A DNA stretch of 63,481 nt, filler included, from Octopus bimaculoides (taxonomy: Eukaryota): assembly GCF_001194135.2 (NCBI RefSeq). It is 5 parts of 5 records of this genome, joined end to end, with 100 filler letters (N's around TTAATTAATTAA, not from the genome) between each part and the next. Parts side by side here need not be neighbours in the genome. Positions count along the whole stretch, not along the records: positions 12,113 to 44,001 come from NC_068985.1; positions 44,102 to 54,639 come from NC_069000.1; 3 more parts are not named here. One strand, written 5' to 3'. Shown here piece by piece: positions 36,850-49,143 of the stretch. The first letter of the stretch is position 1, and each line of letters begins with the position of its first letter. Under the pieces are notes generated by a model that was given only the letters and a program-made list of their open reading frames with translations, did not search any database and was not told where the DNA came from. The translations under genes and the position numbers were made by a program.

Positions 36850-37400
36850 TCTTTCTTTTTAGGTGCCATATCCAGAATGTAGGACATAGGCAATCCTGTC
36901 CTGACACAATTCTCTGTTCCTTGTTTTCTGTGACAGTCCCACCCCCTGATGTTTAATGCCTCTTTCTTCCAGCCAGTTCACCAAGCTTGACATCCATATC
37001 ATCCTTCTCTTTCCTCTGCTTCTTTTTCCTTCAATCTTCTCTGTCAATACTAAATTCTCCAGGCCCTCTTTCAGTTGAATGTCCCTTATCTCATGAAGCA
37101 GTTGTGGTCTGGGTCATCACTTCTTCATTACACACTTTGTCCATGCTATCCTCAATATTCTCCTTAAGAACCACATTTCACAGCTCTCCAAACACTTTCT
37201 CATTCCTGATGTTATAGACCATGCCTCACTTCCATACATTAATACAAGGTAGACATAGCAGTTCAATATACAGATTCTAGTCTTAATGCTCAGAATACAG
37301 GTTCTCAAGATGTTATACAATTTTGGGAATTTTACCAGCACTATTCGTCTTCTGATCTCCTTCATACAACTTGTGTCTTTTGTGATCAAAGTTCCAAAGA
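36850..37400 (-). mobile_element. RTE-like LINE C-terminal remnant
   Basis: KEIRRRI...LMYGSEAWSITSGMRKCLESCEMWFLRRILRIAWT and EKIEGKRSRGKRRMIWM motifs. Confidence 0.85.
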
Positions 37401-37545
37401 TACTGGTACTTAATTTTAATTGTACTCAAAAGGATGAAAAGCAAAGTCAACCTCGGAGGAATTTGAACTCAGAATGTAGACAACAGGCAAAATACCATTA
37501 AACATTTCATCCAGCATGCTAATGATTCTGCCAGTTCACTGTCTA

Positions 37546-37590
<45 letters not shown>

Positions 37591-37989
37591 CCTTTCTACT
37601 AAAGGCACAAGGCCTGAAATTTGGAGGCGGGGGCTAGTCATTTGCATCAACCCATGTTTCACTGGTACTTAATTTATTGACCCTGTAAAGGATGAAAGGT
37701 TAAGTCAACCTCAGCGTAGCGATGGCCGAAATACTGCTAAGCATTTTGTCCAGCGTTCTAACAATTCTTCCAGCTTCATAATAATAATAATAATGATTTC
37801 AAATTTTATCACAAGAGCAGCCATTTTGGTGAAGGGGATGAGTCGATTTTATCGACCTTAACCTTCTTCTACCTTAACCCCAGGTTGACTAAAACCTTTT
37901 GAGTGGATTTGGTAGACGGAAACTAAAAGAAGCCCATCATATAAATGTGTGTGTATGTGTGTGTTGACTCCTACCAACCATATGTGTGA

Positions 37990-38036
<47 letters not shown>

Positions 38037-39218
38037 AAATATATAATTATAAAAATTTAACTATAATAAGGGCACTAATGAGTAGCACCACATGCTAGAC
38101 ATAGACACCCAATGGCTCCAAGAACTACATTATTTTCTCCATTAGCATGGGTTGAAAGTGAGGGAAATGAACAAAGAAGATTTTTTAAAAAGTGGGTTTA
38201 ACCATAGATCGATTTCTAGTTTAGAGATGATAATAATACTGTCATCAGTATAGTATAACACATTGTACATAATTATAAACATTTATACATACCCATATGA
38301 ATAACACATATCCACAAGCATATATACAAATGTTCACATTTATATACAAGCTAAATCTAATTCATATATATATATATATATACACACACATACATGCACA
38401 CAGTAGGCCCATAAATCTACTACATGTATATATGGGTGTTCCATAATTAATAAGAGGGTAAAGGTCAGCTATGACAACCCAAGATTGGCCATATCCCTCT
38501 TCATGATGCTACCAGATTAACTTGACATAGACCATGATGCTCTCTCAGTCATAATGCCTATTTTTGCCAGCTGAATGAATTGAAGTCTTTTGCTCAAGGA
38601 CTCAACACACTTCTTGGGCCAGAAATCGAACCCATGACTTTATGATCAAGAGTTCAGTTCCCTAACCACCAGGCTATATATATATGCTGTCTCTGTTTCA
38701 CATGTTGTGAACAACAGATAAGGGTTCTACAATTTCTTGTTGAACAATCTGTGCAGATGATTTGTTTATAATAATCAAATGCTTGTACTGAACATTAGCT
38801 CACTCACTCTATCAAATCAACCTTGCCAGTACATGTGCACCATGTTCTGCATATAAGATGTTGAAGAGATCACAGTGCAGCATGAAATGAAGTGTTTTGC
38901 TTAAGAATACAAGGCACTACCTAGCCCAGAATTGAAATCCCCATCTTACAATTGTGTGTGCAATGTCCTACCCACTAGGCCATGCGCCCTCACATTCTAT
39001 ATGTAACAAAGCATATAAACATATTTTATGTTCAAAAGCATTAGCCATCTTATTGTTTTGTTTAGTATTGGGGGGGATGCTAATTCTGGCCATGCTGGAG
39101 TACTGGAGTACTAAAAGTTACTTTATTGGTTTGATGGTTCCTTCTATTGTAGTTTTATATTACTAGAGTTGTTTTGTTCTCATTTTTGTTTCTGTATATT
39201 TTCATTTCTCCATTATTA

Positions 39219-39249
<31 letters not shown>

Positions 39250-39762
39250 TTTAAATGTCAGTATATTTGCTTTGCTAAACGAAATTCCTAGAGATTTTGG
39301 TAAAAACTGATCTCTTAGACCATCCATCAATTATTCTACAGGACAATGCTACAACACTGAAGAATGTCTTCTTGGTATGCAATATGAAACAGAACGACTC
39401 CTGCAGAAGCAAGCTAATTAATTGATAAATTGGTGAAAATTATCAAATGACTCTTCACTTAGATTAATACTTGAGTGGAATTTCATTTATTATTATTATT
39501 ATCATTATTATTAATATTATTATTATTATTATTATTATTGTGTCTATTACTACTAATTGTAGTCATAGTGGTGGTGATGTTATTTTGTTTCTTTTCTTCA
39601 TTTAAAGATTTATTATTTTATTTAAAAAAAACTTTTTTTACCAAATTTTAATGAGAAATTCGTTTTCTACACTATTGTTAGAAAAGATTTCTCTTTGCCA
39701 GTACACAGAAACCCAAAAACAACAGTTTCATTACTGGATAAGACAATACCATGTGTATATTT

Positions 39763-39811
<49 letters not shown>

Positions 39812-40730
39812 GTTTAATTTATTATTGTTTAGGAAACAGAAACTCTAAACCTGTCAATAAAATTTGTAAAACTTAAGCCATGTTCTAAATTTTAAAGAGA
39901 GACTTTTTTAAAGAAATAAGAAGTGTATTAGCAGACTATTCTTTTATTTCTTTCAGTCATTTGACTGTGGCTATGCTGGAGCATCGCCTTAAGCTGTTTT
40001 AGTTGAAGAAATCTAGCCCAGGACTTACTCTTTGTAAGCCTAGAACTTATTCTATCAGTCTCTCAGGATTAAGATCAAAACATGGGCACTAATCAAGAAT
40101 GGTGGATTGGTAGAATTATAAAAGTATTTTGAAGAGATGCCCTGCTGTACCTCATCTGGTTTTTTACATTCTCACAGCAGTGTCCCATGTTTTATTGGTC
40201 CTAGAGTAATGACCTTCCCTTTGAACAATGTTATTGGCATGGAGACAAAAAACGTGCATTCATAAGCAACTGCCAGTATTTCACCATATACCTTGCCCAG
40301 GTCTGTGAATACAGATAAATGTTCAAGCCTGACTGAGAGACTTTGGACTCTCTTTTTCCTCTAGTTAAGCTTGTTAAAAGACTTTCTGGATAAAGTAGTC
40401 CCCTAAAAAGATTGGATGATCACAGCTGCAATGCCTTTGATCATATTTATTTTTGTTTCTGTATATTTGTCTCTCTATAAACATTTATTTGTCTATTTAC
40501 ACTTATCTAGCTATCAATATATTTATCTATTTATCTAGCTATTCATATATCTGTCTATATATCCACTTTTTTATCACTCTCTCTCTCTCTCTCTCAAAGA
40601 AAAAGTAACTTCAAAGTTTTGGTTCAGTTGATGTATAAAGATGATACCCTGTCTAAATATATACTGAACTATCCTTCAGTTAATGTTTGATTATTTTTAT
40701 ATACAACTATACATTAAAAAAAAAATTTAT

Positions 40731-40854
40731 ATATATATATAGTTTTAGAGAAAAAAACCAAAGTTCATGAACTTATCCATGAAAATCCACAGTCACATAT
40801 AGAAAAATTAATAAGTAAATGCACGATAAATAAGTATAATATAATACAAAGTAA

Positions 40855-40895
<41 letters not shown>

Positions 40896-41030
40896 CTTAT
40901 GATGTTTACTTTGTATTATATTATACATATTTATCATGCATTTATCTATTAATATTTTTATATGTGACTGTAGATTTTCATGGATAAGTTCATGAACTTT
41001 GGTTCTTTTCTCTAAAACTATATATTTATA
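40731..41030. repeat. Foldback element: ~125-bp inverted arms (about 93% identical) around an (ATT)n loop
   Basis: 40731-40855 versus the reverse complement of 40905-41030 shows about 8 mismatches. Each arm holds the palindrome AAGTTCATGAACTT. Confidence 0.9.
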
Positions 41031-41531
41031 TATTTTATACTGTGAAACTTAATTTAATTTTAATTTTTAATAAATTGAATTTAATTGAGTTTTTACCTGT
41101 AAATTTGGATTTTTAACCCTAATATTATTATTATTATCATTATATATATNNNNNNNNNNNNNNNNNNNNNNNNNNNNNNNNNNNNNNNNNNNNNNNNNNN
41201 NNNNNNNNNNNNNNNNNNNNNNNNNNNNNNNNNNNNNNNNNNNNNNNNNNNNNNNNNNNNNNNNNNNNNNNNNNNNNNNNNNNNNNNNNNNNNNNNNNNN
41301 NNNNNNNNNNNNNNNNNNNNNNNNNNNNNNNNNNNNNNNNNNNNNNNNNNNNNNNNNNNNNNNNNNNNNNNNNNNNNNNNNNNNNNNNNNNNNNNNNNNN
41401 NNNNNNNNNNNNNNNNNNNNNNNNNNNNNNNNNNNNNNNNNNNNNTGAATTCTTTATACTGAAATATATATTGAAGAAGATAAATATGTTCTTTTGAATT
41501 TATACGTTTTTGCGTCGTAACTCCTTTATTA

Positions 41532-41571
<40 letters not shown>

Positions 41572-41668
41572 AGAGAGAGAGAGATGTACATATATGCAAA
41601 TTTTTCCTAACCACATGGTTCTGGGTTCAGTCCCACTGCATGGTACCTTGGGCAAGTGTCTTCTACTA

Positions 41669-41969
41669 CAGTGCTACTCAAAGTGGTGGTCCACAGACTG
41701 GTGCCAGTCTGCAAGCCATCAGCTACCAGTACGTGGCAAGTTTCCTGAAAAGAAAGAAACATTATAAAATGCTTATAAAATGCTTATATAATATTGTATT
41801 ATTTATTTACAAAGTAAATATAAAATTAAAAAATTGTCAACTTTTATTATATTCATTATATATATTATTTCCAGTATAAATTAATATTACTGAGAAATAT
41901 TACCAGTCCTTGGCACATTGGAAAAAAAACTGCCAGTATGCCACATCAAATAGAGTTTGAGAAGCACTG
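41669..41969. mobile_element. hAT (Charlie-type) MITE, 301 bp, inserted into SINE family C
   Basis: TIRs CAGTGCTACTCAAAGT / AGTTTGAGAAGCACTG (14/16). Perfect 8-bp TSD TTCTACTA at 41661-41668 and 41970-41977. Confidence 0.92.
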
Positions 41970-42268
41970 TTCTACTATAGCCTTGTCTGTGGATTTGATT
42001 GACAGAAACTGGAAGAAACCCATTGTGTGTGTGTGTGTGTGTGTGTCCGTGTTTGTCCTCCACCACCATTTTGCAACCAGTGTTGGTATGTTTACATCAC
42101 CACAGTTCAGCAAAATAGACCTATAAAATAAGTACCACATTTTTTAAAAAGTACTGGGATCGATTCATTCAACTAAAATTCCTCATGGCAGTGCTCCAGT
42201 ATGGCCACAGTCTAATGACTGAAACAAGTAAAATATAAAAGATAAAGGATAAAAGATACATTAAACAT

Positions 42269-42647
42269 GTGGTTGGCATTCCGTCGCTTACGAAGGTTCT
42301 AGTTGATCCGATCAGCAGAACAGCCTGCTTGTGAAATTAACGTGCAAGTGGCTGAGCACTCCACAGACACGTGTACCCATAACGTAGTTCTCAGGGATAT
42401 TCAGCGTGACACAGTGTGACAAGGTTGGCCCTTTGAAATACAGGCACAACAGAAACAGGAAGTAAGAGTGAGAGAAAGTTGTGGTGAAAGAGTACAGCAG
42501 GGTTCGCCACTATCCCCTGCCGGAGCCTCATGGAGCTTTAGGTGTTTTCGTTCAATAAACACTCACAACGCCCGGTCTGGGAATCGAAACCGCGATCCTA
42601 TGACCGTGAGTCCGCTGCCCTAACCACTGGGCCATTGCGCCTCCACT
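42269..42647 (-). mobile_element. SINE family A, full length
   Basis: Reverse complement of the 29092 copy. TSD CATTAAACAT at 42259-42268 and 42648-42657. Confidence 0.9.
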
Positions 42648-43064
42648 CATTAAACATATATTTCCACTTTACTCAAAGGACTGAGCTTTAAATCATTAAT
42701 GTTTAAAAGCAAACTAGTATAGACACCTCTTTGTATTTCTGAGCACTTTGATCATTGATTCAAGATTTTATGTGTGTGTGTGTATGTGTGTGTTGTTGTT
42801 GTTATCATAAAATTTTCTAAACTCAGAGAGAATAGAAATGAGAAATAATTCTTTGTGAAACAGTGGGTTTCAAAGCATGCATAAATTTCAATAGCATGTA
42901 AATATTAGGTTGAAAAACTCTTGTGGACTTGAACCTACTTTTGTCATCTCACAGGCAGCCTTCGAGTTTTTTCTGTCCAAAAAGGTTTTCGAAACTAATA
43001 TTTACATGCTTTTATTTATAGCTTTATGTGTACTTTGAGATCTTATTCCAAAAAGATATACTTG

Positions 43065-43146
<82 letters not shown>

Positions 43147-43266
43147 AAATTAATATAAACGGGCAGGTTACAATGTTTCACCAAAAAGGAGAATTATAAT
43201 TGTCACTAAATGTGACTAGGGTGTTAAAAAACACCTACATTGCTAGAAATAAGACCCAAAATGCTC

Positions 43267-43464
43267 TCAAAAATTGTAGTTAATGCACATGAATGGAAAC
43301 ATATACACTGACAGGGACCATAATTGTCCGAAAAATGCTGACCAAAAATTCATAAAATTGACGTCAGTTTCGGCAATTTCTGTTGCTTCTTCAATTAAAC
43401 CTGCTCGGTGTTCAGCTTCTTCCAGACCTGTTTCTTTATTAGTATTTATATTTCTATCATCCAT
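43267..43464 (-). CDS. Candidate first coding exon of an unidentified minus-strand gene
   Basis: AAAATGG start context and a non-repetitive, protein-like MDDRNINTNKETGLEEAEHRAGLIEEATEIAETDVNFMNFWSAFFGQLWSLSV, in a locally CpG-retaining region. No strong donor and no homology recognised. Confidence 0.25.
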   Translation of the reverse strand: MDDRNINTNKETGLEEAEHRAGLIEEATEIAETDVNFMNFWSAFFGQLWSLSVYMFPFMCINYNF

Positions 43465-43759
43465 TTTAATGGATGATTTAGCAATTTGCTAATGTGTATA
43501 CACAAAACTAACATAAAGAACAGTTCATTTAACAGGATACCCCTTACTACATCACCCAACGAAATGCTTCCCACCCATGAGAGATCAATGCAGGATGTGT
43601 TGAAAAATCGTTGTAAGAAATAAAATTTCTCATGTATTCCATTTTCCATCTCCATCATTTGTATTATAATGGTTGTATGTACATATGTATATACACCTCA
43701 CCTTTGATATATCTGTCTTGCTTTGCACTTATCCTTTTACCTATCTATTCTCTCTCTCT

Positions 43760-43960
43760 CTCTTTCTCACTTTATAACCTCGTGGATATCGGTGGCAATT
43801 TTTTCTTCCTCCATTTTTCCTTTCTTTGGACTTTCTTTGTTTCCGACGAAGAGCTCTGCTCGAAACGTCATATTCTCTTTCTTTCCTTTCCCGAGCATCT
43901 AGTAACACAATCTGTATCACGTCCTCACGTTGTTGTTTTTTGTTGTTGCTTTTTTGTCTT
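43760..43960 (+). mobile_element. Penelope-like terminal repeat with hammerhead-like motif (core U4 changed to C)
   Basis: CCGACGA-A-GAGC-TCT-GCTC-GAAACGTC at 43843-43869. Confidence 0.5.
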
Positions 43961-44001
43961 TTTCCTTCTTTGAACTTATATATATATATATATATATATA
44001 T

Positions 44002-44101
44002 NNNNNNNNNNNNNNNNNNNNNNNNNNNNNNNNNNNNNNNNNNNNTTAATTAATTAANNNNNNNNNNNNNNNNNNNNNNNNNNNNNNNNNNNNNNNNNNN
44101 N
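44002..44101. other. Artificial scaffold-join linker
   Basis: N44-TTAATTAATTAA-N44. Confidence 0.9.
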
Positions 44102-44139
<38 letters not shown>

Positions 44140-44429
44140 CTGTCTTTGGGCCGCACGGCCGTTTTTGTTGTATATTTATATTTCATTTTGCGCTTGTTTC
44201 CTCATTATCCTGTAGTTTGTTAGCTATTCCCAGTGGCTTTTCGTGACTGGCGCCACCGAAAGTGGACAATATCAACGTTAAAGGCGCAAAACTGTAATGA
44301 TCTTTTGGACGTTGGCCGATGTGGAATTAGCAACGAATTTTCTGTTTGTTATATATTTGTGCTTTTGTTAAACTTTTGAAATACGCACATACACACACAC
44401 ATATACACATACATACATATATATATATA

Positions 44430-44680
44430 TCATCATCATCATCATCATCATCGTCGTCGTATGCTAGCATGGGTTGGACGATTTGACTGAGGACTGGTGG
44501 ACCAGGAGGCGACACCAGGCTCCAATCTGATTTGGCAGTGTTTCTACAGCTGGATGCCCTTCCTAACGCCAACCACTCCGAGAGTGTAGTGGGTGTTTTA
44601 CGTGCCACCGGCACAGGAACCAGTCCATCGGCACTGGCAACGATCTCGCTCGAATGTCTTTTCACGTGCCAGTGGGCAAC
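44430..44680 (-). mobile_element. RTE 3' UTR (family D), CpG-intact copy
   Basis: Matches the 16779 copy but keeps its CpGs (ACGTGCCACCGGCAC). Confidence 0.8.
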
Positions 44681-44769
<89 letters not shown>

Positions 44770-45734
44770 CTTATATATATGTATATGTGTGTGTAAGTGT
44801 GTATGTGTGTGTATGAAACATACAACTATATAATACATAAATTCATATTGTATGTATGCATAGACTTGCACAAATACGTGTGTATTAATGTTTGCCCGCA
44901 TATGTGTGCGCTCATGTATGTTTGTACGCATGTGTATGTCTTCACGCGGATGTGTATGTGTATCTGTGTATTAAAAATAAATCTATATTTTGCAGTTACC
45001 CTGCGAGTCATTTTATATGCAAAGGCTTGAGCGAGAATGCTCAATGACAATGAAAAATATCAAAATTAGAGTCACTTCATTGGTTAAAACGGCGAAAGAC
45101 TGACACAAATTGTAGTTCTATAGAAATAAAATAACTAAAACATGTACTTGTATACCAAATATCGGGATAACGTAATTTCTGCCAGCTAGGCACATATCAG
45201 CAGGTAGATGATAACTCTTATCAGCGGGGTTTGGTAAAACTGTACCATATTTCTTCACTAAATACACTCTACCTTTGCTAATGAAATCGCACGCTAGGTG
45301 TCTGTTTTGAGCAAGCAGTTCCTAGGATTCACTGTAAGAAACGATATATTCTTTTATTCTTTTATTCTTGTACTTGTTTTAGTCATTTGACTGCAGCCAT
45401 GCCGGAGCACCGCCTTAAAGAGTTTTTAGTCGAAGAAATCGACCCCAGGGCCTATTCTTTGTAAGCCTAGTACTTATTCTATCGCTCGCTTTTGCCGAAC
45501 CGCTAAGTTACGGAGATGTAAACACACCAACATCGGTTGTCAAGCGATGGTGGGTTGTTCCTTCACCAACTAGTTTATCAGCCCTGACAATGTCTCTTTA
45601 ATTACTCTCGAACAATGGGCTCTAAACACGACTAATTCTTCAGTTTTTTAAAATTTTTTACTTTCTTTCTTTTCCTCATTCTCTGTCTTCCTCACTCTCT
45701 CACCTGATATGTTTCTATCGCTCCACATGATACA

Positions 45735-45855
45735 AATGCGTCTCATTTCAGAAAAGGGCATCCCAACTTCTGATTCCATTAGCTATCGTTTTGTTTGTCT
45801 CACTTACTGCACTTCAAAAGTGATGGAGTCCGCTATTGGCAAACAATTTCAACAC
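45735..45855 (+). mobile_element. CR1/Jockey-group RT N-terminal fragment
   Basis: RLISEKGIPTSDSISYRFVCLTYCTSKVMESAIGKQF resembles the PIxKKG...NYRPISLTS..SK.ME motif. Confidence 0.6.
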
Positions 45856-46037
45856 TTTCAATTCTGTTCCCGCCTCTTAACGATTCCTGTCACGATTAAT
45901 GCTACCACGCAGTAGAACTGGATACACACAGGAAGATTTCAAATGATTAAAAGCAAGAGAACATACAAATCTGATAACGTGGAACTCTAACGTTCCAACG
46001 GTCAAATTTTGTCTGCAAAATTAGCATAAACAAAAAA

Positions 46038-46081
46038 CCGCCCCCTATAAAAAGAGAAAGTACTGAACCCATCATCACTCT
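46038..46081 (+). promoter_or_regulatory. Candidate core promoter: CCGCCCC, TATAAAAAG and Inr
   Basis: TATA at 46046 and Inr-like TCACTCT with its A at 46077, i.e. -31 spacing. No downstream ORF is supported. Confidence 0.25.
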
Positions 46082-46316
46082 AAATCCTGAAGATGGGGCT
46101 GAGATAGCTAAGAAAAGTTGCTAAATTAATTCGGGAACTTTATTATTCCCAAAACTAACCACAAGGGTCTGATATGCAGATACGAAAACTCTCTAATAGA
46201 ATAGATTAAATCCTAACAACATTCGTGTTTTCAATATATCATATCTAAGATATTCTCCTTTTATAGAAATACATACATACATACGTACATACATACACAC
46301 ACACATATGCACACAA

Positions 46317-46347
<31 letters not shown>

Positions 46348-46616
46348 TACACACACGCATAAAGTAGCTTGGACATGATATATTGAAAATATGACTGTGA
46401 TGTCATACACAAAAATGCGCGCGCGCACACACACATGTATACATACATATATATAGTTATATATATATATATATATATACATACATACAGATACACACAC
46501 ATACACACACGCACATATACGTATATAATAATGCATGTATTTTTTATGACTAAAGTATTTTATGTAAGCATGTTTCTGTGTGAGTTTGTACGTGTGTTCG
46601 TGTCTATTTGTTGTTG

Positions 46617-46648
<32 letters not shown>

Positions 46649-47987
46649 NNNNNNNNNNNNNNNNNNNNNNNNNNNNNNNNNNNNNNNNNNNNNNNNNNNN
46701 NNNNNNNNNNNNNNNNNNNNNNNNNNNNNNNNNNNNNNNNNNNNNNNNNNNNNNNNNNNNNNNNNNNNNNNNNNNNNNNNNNNNNNNNNNNNNNNNNNNN
46801 NNNNNNNNNACCTAACGTTTTTGGCAAGTGATGTACTCGGTGACTTTCCCGATATGGGTGCTAAAATCCCATGGGGATATGCCGCATTCTGATAGCTATC
46901 GTCTGCCAACAAGCTTGCCACTTAATTTGAATTATGCAATGAAACTGGCTGATCGCATTGGACTTAATTTCCTCACCCCCAGGCAGCTTCGTGTCGAGTC
47001 ACTTTGTGGCTTCTATTTCGCATTCATTTCTTTCCTTCTTTCTTTCTTTCTTTCTTTCTTTCTTTATTTATTTCTATCACTTAGATGTGACAGTTACAAC
47101 TATTATAGGTACATGTAAACTTTTCAGGCATGTATACACACACACACGCAAACACGCACTCACACACTTACACACACACACACACGAAGAAGTTTGCGTA
47201 AATTCATAGGGCATGGCTGTTTGGTAAGGAACTTGCTTCCCAACCAAATGGTTCCCGTTTCAGTCCCACTGCGTGGCACCTTCGGCAACTGTCTTTTACA
47301 ATAACTTCGGGCTGATTTAAGCCTTGTGAGTGGATTTGGTAGACAGAAACTGAAAGAAGCCCATCGTATATATGTATATGTATATATATGCTGGGGCACC
47401 GCTTTGAATTTTTAGTCGAATGAATCGACCCCAGTATTATGTATTAATCTTGGTACTTAGTATATCGGTCACTTTAATCGTTTGTTGAATTTATATAAGA
47501 TACGTGTTCTATAAATGCTCATAACACACCTGATTATATATATATGTTTATGTATTTATGCGTGTCTTTCTCCGTCACCATCATTGCTTGACAACCGATA
47601 TTGGTGTATTTATGTCTCAGTAACTTAGCGGTTCGGGAAATAACCAATAGAATAATTACTAGGCTTACAAAGAATAAGTCCCGGGGTCGAATTCTTCGAC
47701 TAAAACTCTTTAAGGCGGTGCTCCAGCATGGCCGCAGTCAAATGACTGAAACATGTAAAAGAAAGTAAAAGAAAATAATAACGCTTTCTGCTGTAGGCAG
47801 AAGGCCTGGAATTTGGGGAGAGGGGCTACGTCGAATACATCGACCCCAATGTTTAACTGGTACTTATTTTATCGACCCTGAAAGGATGAAAGACAGGAAC
47901 AGCCAGCTTTGTTAATACCGATTTTCCTACCTATATACAATTATAAGAAGGTGTGAGAGAGAGGGAGAGAAAGAAAGAGGGTGAGAG

Positions 47988-48090
<103 letters not shown>

Positions 48091-48438
48091 GTAATCATGA
48101 GATGTGCTTGAATCCAAGGCGTGGCAAATTTTGTCAGTTTTTTAGCATAATGTTGGATTAACCCAATCGGAACAAGATCTGGCAGATAGACTCTGTCGAA
48201 GCCCGTCAAATGGATTGTAACTGGATTGTCAAGGGACCAGTGTTGTCACACACTGTATTAAAGGCTAGTTTGTCTCAAGATTATGTCAAGCAGAATTTGA
48301 CATAATTATGGAGAACTCTGTCACATGCATGTAAGCTTAATGAGCAAGGAGTTCTACTTCAGTTGAAAGGCCGAACAATAAAGGCTCGTCGTCAAAACCG
48401 ACGCAAGATGCATCGTTCATGTGTGTGTGTGTGTGTGA

Positions 48439-48475
<37 letters not shown>

Positions 48476-48819
48476 TGTGTGTGTGTGTATTTACATATCT
48501 ATCTATCCATCTATTTCACTATATGTGTGTGTGTGAGTGTGCGTGTATGTCTGTGTGTGTATGCATATATCTGCCTATCCAACCATTTATTTCACTACAT
48601 GTGTGTGTACATATGTCGTACATATGTGTGTGTATGTGTGTACGTGTCTGTCTTTGTTCTTCTCCCAACTTAACAACTGGCGTTGGTTTGTTTACGTCCC
48701 TGTAACTTAGTGCTTTGGCAAAAGAAAGCCAATACGTACTCAAAGCGGCCACCAGGCCAATGACTGGTTAAGCAAAAGAATACAAGCGTACACACACGCA
48801 CGCACGCACACGCGCATCA

Positions 48820-49078
48820 TGAGGTCGTGAGTTCAATTTCCGACGACGCGTTGTGTCCTTGAGGAAGACACTTTATTTCACGCTGCTCCAGTCCACTCGG
48901 CTGGTAAAAATGAGTTGTACCTCTGTTTCAAATGGCCGGCCTTGTCCACTTGAGAACTACATTAATGGTACGCGTGTCTGTGGAGCATTCTGCCACTTGC
49001 ACGTTAATTTCACGAGCAGGCTGTCCCGTTGATCGGATCAACTTGAACCCACGTCGTTGTAGCCGACGGGGTGCCAGT
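48820..49078 (+). mobile_element. SINE with canonical CORE-like middle and family A 3' tail
   Basis: GTTGTGTCCTTGAGGAAGACACTTTATTTCACG...CCAGTCCACTCGGC followed by CCACTTGCACGTTAATTTCACGAGCAGGCTG...GACGGGGTGCCA. Confidence 0.75.
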
Positions 49079-49092
49079 TAGATATATATACA

Positions 49093-49143
<51 letters not shown>

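Noticed and set aside
43300-43345. Faint similarity of FFGQLWSLSV to the SLC35F-type LGQxLSL motif
   Set aside because: Only a few residues match, and the following sequence does not. This is not enough for a gene name.
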